Source: Octopus bimaculoides
Taxonomy: Eukaryota
DNA: 63,807 nucleotides
Assembly: GCF_001194135.2 (NCBI RefSeq)
Contig: NC_069003.1
Location: 19,520,697 to 19,584,503, forward strand
Direction of reading: 5' to 3'
Every line of letters starts with the position of its first letter. Position 1 is the first letter of the stretch. The translations under genes and the position numbers were made by a program. The notes under the pieces are model-generated. The model was not told the DNA's origin. It was given only the letters and a program-made list of their open reading frames with translations, and did no database searches. Of the stretch, positions 1 to 12,299 are shown in pieces.

Positions 1-728
1 ATTGATAGAAATCTCTGACACCTTCTTTAGGGTTTATTAGCTAAAACATAGCAATTGGGAATTCTCTGATAATTTCAAAATTCTTCTGAAGAAAACAGAA
101 ACACACACACACACACACACACAAAACAGAAGTGATTGATATACAAAGAAAATTTTGCTCTTGTATTTGGTTTGACAGACTCTTGATGTGGACTTAGTTG
201 TCGAAACATATTTTTGTCTATCTTGGGAAGGTGACTATGCTAATAACTTTCAGATATTGGAGTAAAAAAGACATTAAAATGTCATTAAACTGTAATCTGA
301 TTTGTACCATCCCATAACAAAAAAAAAACACAGCTAGAGGCCTGTATACACATACACACCTAGATCCTGATGCACACAGACTCACCCCACTCCTTAAGCA
401 GAGTCCAGTCAAAAAGACAAGTGCCAAGTGCTTACCATAAAATAAAGATATAGAGAAATAAACGTTTTACCATCCACACCTTTCATAAAACCCTCACCAT
501 ACACCCACACATACATTCTCTCTAATACACTTACACAATCCACAAACCTTGAGTGCACATGTGCATAAACATGCACTCACTCATACGCACACACTCTCTC
601 TCTCCCTCTCTTCCTCTCCTTTCCCTTCTGACATACATTCTTACTCAGATCCATCCAGCTATATAAATATAGAACTTAAAAACTAAAAGATTGGAAGACT
701 TGAAGCAGACCTTGAGTAGAGAAGGGAG

Positions 729-935
729 GTCATTGAGGAGGTTGCGAATGGCTATAACAGGACTTAAATAAACCTAAATGATTGATTGATTAAAATGAAT
801 GGTTAACCAATTGTTTAGTTGATTGGTTAAATAGTCAACTAATTAATGAATGAATAATAAAGAAGTGAAACAGAACCAATGTATGTATTTATTATTGGCA
901 TAATGACCCTCCTAAGATACAAGACAATATACAAG
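729..935 (+). repeat. Unclassified ~200-bp repeat, copy 1 of 3
   Basis: Shares gtcat.ga.gaggt...aatggc...acaggact, an ATTG/ACTG-rich middle and aaagaagtgaaa...ggcataatgaccctc..aagatacaaga with 2031-2228, and in reverse with 1823-2020. Confidence 0.7.
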
Positions 936-1346
936 TAAACGAAAGCAGAATTCTTTTTCTTCTTATTTATTTCTCTATTTATTTATTGATGCTAAACATT
1001 TGTTGTTATTAAGATCTAAGTTATCTTGAGTGAGAAGACTCTCATGATCAAAAGCATTCCAACTATGACCAACCCATCTACAAGGTAATACCTCAGTATG
1101 GTCAGAGTTGAAGAACTGAAACAAGTAAAAGATTAGAGATATAATTCACCTTAGACTACACTATACATTGTATCCTTTGTAAAGATATTAAATGTGATTT
1201 AAGAAATATTTCATTCCTATTTCTAACAAGTGAAACATCCATGTAGAGTCCTTCCTCATGGGCTTGCCAAAAACAGTAGCTGATGTATGGAAAACATTAT
1301 TTCTTGGAGATGTATGCAAACTTGAAATCTATTTATTTATTTTGTC

Positions 1347-1429
1347 TGGAGCCTGGTGTAGCCATCCGGTTTCACCAGTCCTCAGTCAAATCGTCCAACC
1401 CATGCTAGCATGGAAAGCAGACGTTAAAC

Positions 1430-1459
<30 letters not shown>
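1347..1459 (+). mobile_element. 5'-truncated 3' end of RTE-like LINE with (GAT)n tail
   Basis: Near-identical to the end of the 18445-18863 copy: ...catgctagcatggaaagc.gacgttaaac(gat)n. Confidence 0.85.
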
Positions 1460-1460
<1 letters not shown>

Positions 1461-1549
1461 CTCAAACTGAAATTTGAAACAAAACTTAAAAGATTCCTAT
1501 ATTAAGACTATGAAAGAATATTTTGTTTTTCTATAAATTTTGCAAGATT

Positions 1550-1767
1550 AAGGTGGTGAGCTGGCAGAAACGTTAGCATGCCAGGCGAAATGCTTAGCAG
1601 TATTTCATCTGTCTTTACGTTCTGAGTTCAAATTCCGCCGAGGTTGACTTTGCTTTCATCCTTTTGGGGTTGATAAATTAAGTACCAGTTGCATACTAGG
1701 GCCAATCTAATTGACTGGCCCCCTCCCCCAAAATTTCAGGCCTTGTGCCTAGAGTAGAAAAGATTAG
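1550..1767 (+). mobile_element. tRNA-derived SINE (family A) with 12-bp TSD
   Basis: Head aagg.gg.gagctggcag, B-box-like gagttcaaattcc, perfect flanking direct repeat ttttgcaagatt at 1538-1549 and 1768-1779. Confidence 0.9.
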
Positions 1768-1822
1768 TTTTGCAAGATTCTTAATGCAAACACAAATGTT
1801 GAAATGAATTGCATAGTAACAC

Positions 1823-2020
1823 GGGAGGCTCATTACCCAATAATAAACACAAATACACTAGTTCAAATTCACTTCTTTCTTATTAGTTAATTGGTTAGCT
1901 ATTTATCCATCTGACTAATTGCTTGCTTGCTTAATCACTCACTTAATCACTCAGTTGTTTGTCAAAATCTTTTACTCGCCACTTATGACCTTATCAATGA
2001 TATGCTTTCTCTACTCCCTC
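1823..2020 (-). repeat. Unclassified ~200-bp repeat, inverted copy
   Basis: Reverse complement reads gagtagagaaag..tcattgataaggtc...aaagaagtgaatttgaac...ttattgggtaatgagcctccc, matching copies at 729 and 2031. Confidence 0.65.
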
Positions 2021-2030
2021 CAGAGAGAGA

Positions 2031-2228
2031 GAGAGTAGGGCTATGTCATCGATGAAGTCACAAATGGCAACAGGACTTTGACAAACCTGGCCAATTGACT
2101 GACTGAGTGATTAATCAAACAATTGATTAGTTAATTGGTCAATTGTTAACAAACTGACTAATAATATTGATAAAAGAAGTGAAATTGAACCAGTGTGTGT
2201 CTATCACTGGCATAATGACCCTCTCAAG
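2031..2228 (+). repeat. Unclassified ~200-bp repeat, copy 3
   Basis: See 729-935; lies head-to-head with the inverted copy. Confidence 0.7.
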
Positions 2229-2381
2229 ATACAAGATACAACAAAATTATGAAAGATATCAATTCAAACATGAACATTTAAAAATCATTGTTCTTCATGT
2301 CATAGAACAGAAACTGGGTTAAAAAATATGTAGTAGAAACTGAGATGTTATAGTACTGATGCCTATCCTATTCAGAAAGGG

Positions 2382-2650
2382 TCACCAAGTAGCTTGTACT
2401 ACTACTTTCTCAGCTAGGAAGAGGGAGTAGTAGTGCCGTGTGTGGGATAGGTTTTGTGCCAGATGTTGAAAGATTAGAGGTATAGAGGGACAGGAATAGG
2501 TGCCTTGCTGTAGAGTGGATACCTGAATACTCCAGTTGGAAAAAGAAGGAGAAATAAAGAGAGTGGATGTGTTAGAGAATGAAATGAGGAGAGCAATAGT
2601 GGGAGATATAGTAGTGAAGATGTATGGGGACATGCCCTTGAGGGGCGAAA
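2382..2650 (-). mobile_element. Degenerate L2/CR1-group LINE ORF2 fragment (upstream of RT core)
   Basis: SPYIFTTISPTIALLISFSNTS...FSNW and FLAEKVVVQ resemble the L2-type PxxLLKTISPxL...INxSL...FPxxW...KxLEKVV segment (recognition from memory, not searched). Confidence 0.5.
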
Positions 2651-2746
2651 CAAAACTAAATTCAAAATATTGAATTGAATACATATAATTGAAAAAATTA
2701 ATTCTTCTCTCTTCTAAGAATGAATCTTTGTTAAATTTCTAACATA

Positions 2747-4117
2747 TACAAGGTGATATCAAAAAGCTCCCGAACTCGTTATGTTTAATAAAATATAACT
2801 TATTTACCTAAGTTTTAACATCATCTCCTTCAAAATAGTCACCTTGTGCAGCAATACACCAGTGCCAGCATTTGTGGAATCTGGCCTGGAAGTCATTTTC
2901 CAGGATTCACTCTGGATCTCAACAACAGTGTTAAAATGATGACTTTTGAGCCATCTTTCCATCTTGGGGAAGAGATGGAAGCCCACAGGTGCTAAATCTG
3001 GTGAATATGGTGGGTGTGGAAGAAATACCATGTTGATCTTGGTGAGAAACTGATGAGTGAGGAGAGCTTGGTGTGACAAGGTGCATTGATGCCATGAAGA
3101 ATCCAATTTCTTGCGCTCCACAGATCTGGTTACTTTTGCCAAGGGTCCACCCTCAAATGCTTCAAAATGTTGTAGTAGAACTTTCAATTGATGATCTNNN
3201 NNNNNNNNNNNNNNNNNNNNNNNNNNNNNNNNNNNNNNNNNNNNNNNNNNNNNNNNNNNNNNNNNNNNNNNNNNNNNNNNNNNNNNNNGGGGGTGGGGTG
3301 GGGACAAATTCTCAATGCACAATACCACAGATGTTGGAAAAAAATAATGAGCATGCTCTTGACTGAGCTGCAACTCTGTTGTGCCTTCTTCAGTCGTGAA
3401 GATGAAGGGCTCTTCCATTGTGACAACTGCTGCTTCATCTCAGGGTCATACCCGTAGACCCAACTCTCATCACTGGTGATAATTCTAGACACAAAAGATG
3501 GGTTATCAGTGGCATGCTGACAATGATATTAACAGACTTCGACATGATGTTCTTCCTGTTCAGTGATCAGCAGGCAGGGGACAAACTTGGCAGAGACACA
3601 CTGCATGTTCAATTCATTAGGATTGCCTGCATGGACCCATACAACAGACCAACAACAACAGCAACGTTGTTGATTGTCCTCTGACGATCCTCATGCACAA
3701 GCTGGTGAATTTTCTCCACATTACTGGAGGTGACACTCATGGCAGATCTTCCAGGGACATTCTTCCTTTTTTTGAAGTGTCTGTGCCGCTCAGAACATTG
3801 CATATGGCCCATTGCCTCATTGTTGTTAGCTTGCTGAAGTATGCTCAATGTTGCTGTCATAGACTTCCCAAGTTTAATGCAAAATTTCAGATTGTTTTTT
3901 TTTGTTCTAACTTCCTGTCCATGACAAAATCACAGACTACATGCCTAAACATGATCACAAAAACACAAATTTCACCACTTGCAAAGTAAACACAGAAACG
4001 TCACTCAGCACACTGCCTCATGAAGGTCACTGCTATCCCTCACTGTGCATGCAACTGTGCTGCCATCTGTTGGCACACTACAGAACCAGTCCAAGAATTT
4101 TTTGATACCACCTTGTG
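2747..4117 (-). mobile_element. Near-full-length inactive mariner (Tc1/mariner) transposon
   Basis: Imperfect ~30-bp TIRs (tacaaggtgatatcaaaaagctcccgaact vs reverse complement cacaaggtggtatcaaaaaattcttggact), TA at 2745-46 and 4118-19, ~1.37 kb; fragmented transposase with HTH (EKIHQLVHEDRQRTINNVA), IITSDESWVYGYDPE and PHPPYSPDLAP..FHLFP motifs in different frames; 91-nt N-gap inside. Confidence 0.95.
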
Positions 4118-4127
4118 TATAGATATT

Positions 4128-4159
<32 letters not shown>

Positions 4160-4755
4160 AAGAGAGATGTGTATGTATGCAAGTATGTGTGTGTGTGTGT
4201 GTGTGTGTGCATGTAACCAAACTAAAGAGTGGTTTTGTCACAATAGTGAATACTAAGTGAGGTGATGAGGCTGTTAACATAAAGGTCAACTCCCAGTTGA
4301 CCTTTATACCAACAGTCTTGATCTAATTTCTTTATTATATGAGATTGTCCACCTTTTTTTTTTCACAACCTCAAGCTATGTCATATTTTCTTTCAGAAAA
4401 AAATCTAGTGCAGTGTTTCTTTTAAAATATATTAAAAGGAAAAGGGCAAGATGTGTAATGCTACCTGTGATTCACCCCAGAATGAGTCAATTGATTTCAT
4501 GAATAGCTTGCTAATTACTTTTATTTTATTTATTTATCTTTATTTATTCATTTTCTTCTTTTATCTAAGACAGTTTTTTTCCCTGAAGTTTTAATAAATT
4601 TATTTGGCATTTTTCAGTCAAGAAAGAAAAAGAGAAATTCTTAAAATTCAAGCTAGTTCGAAAATCATTAACAAAACTTACATGTTTTGCTTCTAGTGAA
4701 GGTTATGCAGGTTACTATGGAAACTGATATCATACACTAAACCTCGATGGCACTC

Positions 4756-4797
<42 letters not shown>

Positions 4798-5123
4798 TAC
4801 ATGGTTCAAATGTACAGAAAACACTTTGGTAACTAATATCTTACACTAAACATAGATGGTATCATATACATATATATATATTTATATAAAAACAAAAATA
4901 TTATTATTTCTAAATCTCTCAAAGAGAGTAACAGTTCTTTAAAGTAATGGCTATTTGTGCAATGTGGGAGTGTTGAACTGTCTATTTGAAAATATAAGGA
5001 CACAGATATTGTGTCATATAGTCAGCTAGAAATGACGTTTCTTGGGGCTAAAACAACAGTAACATCGTCCCTTTCAGGACAGCCACATTATGTTGGCAGA
5101 TAGTTTCTACTATATACATAAAA

Positions 5124-5154
<31 letters not shown>

Positions 5155-5169
5155 TATACATATATTACC

Positions 5170-5990
5170 GGTGCCATGCACAGAAATAACAACACTGACA
5201 GCAGCCACAACACCACTGGCATCAGGAGCAGCAACACTGGTATCACTGGATCCATGCCCTATAATAACAGCAGCAACATCAGGCCTGGGGCCAACAAAAG
5301 AAACATCGAAGGCGATAACACTACCAGCACTCAAGTTCAGAGATACATCAGTTCGGCCAGAACTGCCTTTAAATGATGCCTGTACAACCACAGGTCCTCT
5401 TTTAGGATTCCAGAAAGACATTAGGTCACATCCCTGGCCAGCCATGTGTGGTGCCTAAAGGATGAAGGAATTCCATACGAGATTAAATGGAGGCTCATAG
5501 AGCAACTGAGATCCTATATAAACAGGAGAGGATGATACAAGCTTTGCGTACCAGATTAGGCAAGAGTCCTTAAAGACTCACTTGACTAGGAGACCCTTTT
5601 AAACTCCAGAAACGAGATTTATAGCCCTTGTCTGCATTTTAAATGCAACTTGCTGCAGGTGTGGGATTCTCCATTCATTGATTTGGATTATATAAAAAAT
5701 ATTTGCAGACTGGAACCAACCTATGTGTGGAGATTCCCCATTTGATTAGGATCATAAAATTTGTTGACTGAACCATTCTAAGGGTGACAACCTATCTTGT
5801 TTAAGACTTAGACAATATATATTATTCTTTTGTTTACAAATTAACTAACCATAATGTTTTTCTGTCTTCAGTTTGAGAAGAGGCTATATGTCCATGGCCA
5901 TTGGAGTCTGACAAGTCATCTATAAGGCTAAGTTCTTTATGGATGTGAAACCACAGATCACTCAATGACCAGCCATATAATTAACTTCCT
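5170..5990 (+). mobile_element. Penelope-like element 3' fragment: GIY-YIG endonuclease plus downstream pLTR-like region
   Basis: One frame with in-frame stops reads RYISSARTAFK*CLYNHRSSFR...TSLASHVWCLKDEGIPYEIKWRLIE...KLC...LLNSRNEIYSPCLH, the YIG..T..FK.R...H / L..HIW.LK....Y.IKW / C.LC...LN.R.E....C.H pattern of Penelope-like GIY-YIG domains. Confidence 0.85.
5895..5971 (+). ncRNA. Type I hammerhead ribozyme relic (probably inactive)
   Basis: Stem I 5895-5907/5960-5971 (11 bp, 1 bulge, 1 mismatch), CTGACAA core 5908-5914, 11-bp stem II 5917-5927/5935-5945, GAAA 5947-5950, ATC before stem I 3' strand. Confidence 0.75.
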
Positions 5991-5991
5991 G

Positions 5992-5994
<3 letters not shown>

Positions 5995-6062
<68 letters not shown>
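5995..6062. repeat. (TA)n microsatellite
   Basis: Direct reading; many similar (TA)n, (CA)n, (GA)n, (AAT)n and (GATA)n tracts occur throughout. Confidence 0.95.
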
Positions 6063-6066
<4 letters not shown>

Positions 6067-6999
6067 GTACATACAGTCAGTGTATCCGTAAAGTTACTAT
6101 GCAGTTAGGCTGAAAACAACTCTACGATACGGTTGCTGAGGCATATGCAAGAAGCCCAAAGACACCAATTTGCCGTGGTAGTTCAGAAATTGGTATCAAA
6201 CAAACATCACGACATAAAATACTTACAAAACCCAATATGAAACCTTACATTCCGTGCCTAATTCATGGACTTCTGGGTATGGGAGAAGAAGCATGTAGTA
6301 CACAGAACTAAGATTTGTCTAAGTGTGATTAATGTAGTCGTACTACAGCAGAATAATATTAGAGATAAATCTTTAATTTCAATAATTTTAACCCTTTAAC
6401 ATTTAGACCTGCAGCATCTGGTTAAAACATTCTACCTGCTTTATCTTCCAACTGGTCAAATCTGGCCTTTCACCTCTAGCCTACAGTATCATTTTTAAAA
6501 TAAACAATCACATTATTGAAATCTCAAAGATATGAAATAAAGCATGATTTATTTAAAATGATGTGAATACATAAGTATTTTATTTGACAGACTAATCTGA
6601 ATGCTAAAGGGTTAATATGATAGTCATTATGGCAAAGTAAGGGGAAATGAATCAGTATTTCCTCATGGATAATTGTAGTTATTTCTGTAAAAAACAGTAG
6701 ATAACTCATACTAGGAGTGATAAGTGTATAACAATGACTATAATTTTCAACAATGTTCCCTTCTATGACAGCACATCTTTCATTTTCAAGGTAGCATAGA
6801 ATCATTTGAGGAAAATATAGTTGTTATTTCTAGCAGGTCCTATGGCAAAGTACAAATTTCCTTGTTAGCTTATTTGTAACTGTTGCTGTTGTTGTCACTG
6901 TTTAACCCCAGGTCTGTTCTGATTGAGTAGGCCTACAATCAAGTATTCCAAACATGACAATCCTGTCTACCCTCCACCAGACATCAGACAGAATGCATC

Positions 7000-7218
7000 A
7001 AAGGTGACGAGCTGGCAGAAACATTAGCACGCCGGACGAAATGCTTAGCGGTATTTTGTCTGCCGCTACGTTCTGAGTTCAAATTCCACCTTTCATCCTT
7101 TCGGGGTTGATAAATTAAGTACCAGTTACGCACTGGGGTCGATGTAATCGACTTAATCACTTTGTCTATCCTTGTTTGTCCCCTCTATGTTTAGCCCCTT
7201 GTGAGCAATAAAGAAGTA
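7000..7218 (+). mobile_element. tRNA-derived SINE (family A) with 10-bp TSD
   Basis: Same head as 1550; flanking agaatgcatc at 6990-6999 and 7219-7228. Confidence 0.9.
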
Positions 7219-7827
7219 AGAATGCATCTATGGCAAGAAGCAGATTTAGCTGCTATTTCTTGCTGATTGAGCAACCACATAGAAGGCTCCCCTTCTGTGT
7301 CCTGTTGATTCTCATCATTATCTCAGTGGTTCATCATCATTACTAGGTTGACTGACTGTGGCTTACCATAAAACTTAAGCAGGATCTAATTGTTTATTAA
7401 TGAAATTGAATTTTCACTCTGAGATGCAAAAAGAAAAACAAAATAAAACAAAAAAAAGATAAAAAAATAAAAATTACAATTCAGTAATTAGTCCAATCAA
7501 TCATTTCACTCAAGACTTTCTCAATCAAATAGTCACACTACATCAAGAAACATACAGAAATCTTCAGTCGATAAATAATTAAAAATATAAATTTAAAAAT
7601 TTAGGTCAATGATTTGAAAAAGGTATTTGGGAAACAAATCGAATTTATCTATTGAAAAAGTAAAATAAATAAATCTGTTGAAACTGGAATATTTTAAAAA
7701 TTAGGTTTTCAAACATTATTGATGATTGATTATATAAAATATTGGATTTTCAGACAGTAGTTATGGCTCAGGATTTCAAACTATGGCTACTACCATTCAT
7801 TATATATATATATATATATCTCTTATA

Positions 7828-8000
7828 GGAGTAGGCATGGTTGTGTTGTTAAGATGCACACTTTGCAACCCTGAGGTTTGGGGATCAATCCCACTGTGCG
7901 GCATTTTGGACAAGTGTATTCTACTACCACATTGGACCAACCAATGTCTTGTGAGTCAATTTGGTAAATGGAAACTGTGCAGAAGCCCATTTGTACATAG
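7828..8000 (+). mobile_element. SINE family B, 5' part
   Basis: ggcatggttgtgttgttaag...caatcccactgtg.ggca..ttggacaagtgt.ttctacta...tggaaactg, as in 22032-22365. Confidence 0.65.
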
Positions 8001-8439
8001 ATGCATATATATCATCATCATCATTTAATGTCTGCTTTCCATGCCAGCATAAGGCTGGATGTTTCAACAGGAGGTGGAGAGTCGGAGAGCTACATCAGAC
8101 CCAAATTGTCTGTTTTGGCATGGTTTCTACAGCTGGATACCCTTCTTAATGCCAACCACTTTACAGAGTTTTTTTATATAATGCGTGTGTGTCTTTGGGT
8201 GTGCCCTCACCATCATCACTTGACAACTGGTGTTGGTTTGTTTAAATCAGCAAAAAAGACCAACAGAATTAGTACCAAATTAAAAACAATAAATACTGGC
8301 GTTGATTTGTTTCACTAAACCCTTTCAATGACAGAAACAAGAAATAGATAAAAGATCTAAAAAAAAAAAAGAAAGAAAAATGTCAAATGAATTAACTAAG
8401 TCTCTTTAGCGCAGTTTCTTTTCCAATATATATATGTTG

Positions 8440-8700
8440 TGAGTGGATTTCGAAGACAGAAACTGAAAGAAGCCTGTCATATATATGTATATATTAATGT
8501 GTGTCTGTGTTTGACCCCCAACCATTGCTTGACAACCAATGTTGGTGTGTTTATATGCTCATAACGTTGGTGGTTCAGCAGAAGAAACTGATAGAATAAG
8601 TACCATGCTTACAAAGATTAAGTCCAGGGGTCGATTTCTTCGACTAAAAGGTGGTGCGCCAGCATGGCTCCAGTCAAATGACTGAAACAAGTAATATAAT
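8440..8700 (+). mobile_element. SINE family B, 3' part
   Basis: gaaactgaaagaagcc...gatagaataagtacc...ggggtcgattt...cagcatggc..cagtcaaatgactgaaacaagtaa. Confidence 0.8.
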
Positions 8701-8723
8701 AAAAAATAATAATAAAATAATAT

Positions 8724-8964
8724 ATATTCTACAGAAAATAAAGGAATTCCGATATGCAGAATGGCTGTGAAGATGGCTTAGAAAATCAGGCAAATACCCT
8801 TAGAAGGAAAAAGTGGTCAGCAAGCCCCTACAGAGAATCAAATCCTGTGCAGCTTAAATTCTGGCTAAATGAACAGGACCATTAAGCTAAGAGAACCCTC
8901 GATTTTCTTAGCTGTCTTCATAGCCATCCTGCATTTGAGAATTTTTTAATTTTCTGCAAAATAT
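8724..8964. mobile_element. Foldback/MITE-like element with ~70-bp imperfect TIRs
   Basis: atattctacagaaaataaaggaattccgatatgcagaatggctgtgaagatggcttagaaaatc vs reverse complement of 8900-8964 atattttgcagaaaattaaaaaattctcaaatgcaggatggctatgaagacagctaagaaaatc. Confidence 0.8.
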
Positions 8965-9319
8965 CGACTCACTTCTTGCTTCTATGTTTGTTTACAATGT
9001 GTGTACGGGTATATATATATATATATAAATATACAGATGCACCTAACACTAGTGCTCCCTGGATCTGCACTAACCACCAGCCCCAGGCATTTCTTTCACT
9101 TAAGCTTCTCTCTTCCCATGTTTCTCCTGCAGGTATTGACCTACAGCAGTTTAAAAATATACACAAAATACATACAATGCACATGTGAAGATGAGAGCAT
9201 TTATGTGGTAACTTAACTTTCAAGTAATACCAGCCTCAACACATAGACATGTACCATGCCATTACCATTTTTTTTCTAGGTACCTATATAGTTATGAGTA
9301 GTCAGATTTCCCATTCTTT

Positions 9320-9351
<32 letters not shown>

Positions 9352-10291
9352 GTGAGATAGAGAGAGAGAGAGAGAGGGAGAGAGAGGGAGAGAGAGAGAG
9401 AGAGAGAGTACTGCACTAGCATTTGGCTGGTTCTCATTTTCAGCTGAGTTCACAGGAGCAATAATGTGAAATGAAGCACCTTGTTCAAGGATACCATGCA
9501 ATGCCAGGTCCAAGAATTGAACCTATGACATTATGGTTGTGAACCTCACACCTTAACCACCAGACCTGTTTACTGTTTCTTGATCTCTCACCAAATATTT
9601 GGTGGCCTTACCAGCTGATGTCAGAAGGACCAGCACAATAAAATACTTAGCTGTGTGTGGGACAGGAAGACATAGAGGCCTATACATTTAGGTATGGCAC
9701 AAGAAGAGGAATAAGATCTCTCAACACAGAAACTTACAGTAGCAACAGATTGAAGACTCTTAATGGATATCTGATCTGTTAGAGCAGTGAAACTGGCATG
9801 TTTCTGTCTTAAGAACAACAAGTACACATAGGATAGTGTAATCTTAGATACCATCTGAAACGATACACATTTAAGTGCCGCTGATCATAAGCTATGTCAA
9901 TCAGGGTAGACCAGGCGGTAAACAATCAATCAGCAATAACAAATACTTCTCTAAACCAAACTTATTCTCTTTACTGAACAAACCAAGAATCCTCTAACAA
10001 ACAAACATTCCAGCAATCGATTTGGCTCGGGAATTGAATATAAAGTTCTGCTGAATCAAGAAAAATTGACTATATATACACACACACTCATATACACCTA
10101 AGTATATATAGCTATATATATATATATCCATCCATCCATACATACATACATACATACATACATACATACAGACAGACAGAAACAACAAACTGCGAAAAGT
10201 GGGCCTTAAAACGATAACGAGGATATAATTTCAATAACTTTGGTTTTGGCCATTATTAGCCCAGACCATGCCTAACTTAATACATACAAAG

Positions 10292-10341
<50 letters not shown>

Positions 10342-10611
10342 TCTATATACAAAGACTAACTTCTATATTTATAACATACACATACAATCAATATACATAT
10401 ACACACACATGTCTATATATTATATTACATACACACATCTATATAGATATATGTATGGAATTGAGTAATGTATGTAATTCGTTGTGTGTGTATGTATATA
10501 ATTTCTGAAATATTCTTAGTCAAAATACATTTTGAGGATGGGTGAATGAGTGGATGAGTGTGTGGGCGAAGATCCTTCTCCCCACCTACTTCCTTACTTT
10601 TCCATTTTATT

Positions 10612-10653
<42 letters not shown>

Positions 10654-11380
10654 GTTTTTCTAAATCTTTCAAAAAATTTGCATTAAAAAATACAGAATAA
10701 GTTAAAAATGAAAGACAAAAAGAAAATAAAAAAATTCATACATTTCTTAAAAATTTGCAAACATAAATCAATAAATTATTTGCTGGCTGGTGACTAGAAA
10801 TGCTGTAGGCTGTGAGAAACAACTACATTATGACTATTGACTAAACAAGCAGAAGAGATCACACAGAATATTATAGATATTCCAAGAGGAAACTTTCCTC
10901 TGATGAGGCTCAGAGTAAATATGGCTTTTGTGGTATTTTTTGCTTTGTTTGTACAGTCTTTTGTTACACTATTTTTGCTTTGTTTTCTTGCTTTTTTTTT
11001 TTCTCATTTCTTTCTCTCTTTTTTTAAAATTCTTTCTCCCTTTCTATCTCTCTGTCTCTCTTCTGAAATGGTTTTTACATGGATAAAAAAAAATGGGTGA
11101 CTTGTATCCTACTAGGCTCACTGAAAATAACCTAAGTAGATATCAGCCATCACAGTTAATCATTTCATAAGTACTACCTTCAACTATATTTGTAAGTACT
11201 ATCCTCATTTATGCATACACACACACACACACACACACACAAAAGAAAAAAAGACCCCTTCCTTTAACAACCCCCATAATACTTAAGCTTATGAAAGAAA
11301 TAAAAAGAAAAAAGAGGAGAAAAAAGATTCTATTCGGAAGATCAATACATGCACAAGTTTTAGGAAATGCACACAAAGTC

Positions 11381-11940
11381 ATCATCATCATCGTTTAACG
11401 TCCGCTTTCCATGCTAGCATGGGTTGGACGATTTGACTGGTGAACCAGATGGCTGCACCGGGCTCCAATCTGATCTGGCAGAGTTTCTACAGCTGGATGC
11501 CTTTCCTAACACCAACCACTCTGAGAGTGTAGTGGATGCTTTTACGTGCTACCGGCACGAGTGCTAGTCATGTGGTACTGATAATGGCCATGCTCAAAGT
11601 GGTGTTTTTTACGTGCCACCTGCACAGGAGCCAGCCCAGCAGCACTGGCAATGACCTCGTACGAATGATTTTCTAACGTGTCACCGGCACAAGTGCCAGT
11701 AAGGCGACACTGGTAATGATCACACTCAAATGGTGCTATTTACGGGCTACTAGCACAGAAGCCAGACAGCTGCTCTGGCAATGATCATGGTCGGACAGTG
11801 CTGTTAGTGCTCCACAGAGTTTAGTGTCCAATGAAGTAAAGATACGAATAAGTGAGCTGGCTACACTTCTGGCAGAGGCCACAGATTATGCTCTCACTTG
11901 GCTTGCCGGGTCTTCTCATGTACTGCATATTTCCAAAGTA
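11381..11940 (-). mobile_element. RTE-like LINE 3' end (ORF2 end plus 3' UTR)
   Basis: (CAT)n-cgtttaacgtccgctttccatgctagc tail and cttggcttgccgggtcttctc (antisense of EKTRQAK*), as at 18445-18863. Confidence 0.9.
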
Positions 11941-12299
11941 TTTTATTCAGGTGTTGTGTATATAGGATAGCCAAAAGAATAGAAAATTTAAAACGAGGGC
12001 ATTGTTATTGTTGCTTAGCTAAACCTGAGCCTGATTGAGTAAGCATATATTCAAAAGTGTTCCAGTCATGATCATCCTGTTTTTTCATATATCAGAAATT
12101 ATGTTGTCTAATGTATACTTAAGTAGGGTGTAAATTGCGGGAGATTTAGCCACTATTTCTAACAACCAAAGTAACTACATAGAGGCTCTCCTCATTGGAA
12201 CCATTTTGTATCATGGTCTTTGGTCTGCTAAGGATACTGCCCTCTTATCTCTTTTATATGTTTTAGCGCTTGAGTTATTGCAGTTATTAGGTATTCCAC

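Noticed and set aside
7367-7418. Minus-strand AG/GTAAG-bounded segment
   Set aside because: Stops in all three frames, very AT-rich, no supporting context
9133-9207. Plus-strand 75-nt segment after a strong acceptor (VLTYSSLKIY...)
   Set aside because: Weak donor, and the body is partly (AT/AC)-repeat-like
10007-10050. CpG-containing minus-strand segment (QNFIFNSRAKSIAG / ELYIQFPSQIDCWN)
   Set aside because: Only a poor GTTTGT donor; several frames on both strands equally plausible
10900-10925. CTGATGAG hammerhead-like start
   Set aside because: No GAAA (TAAA instead), no viable stem II loop and no stem I partner
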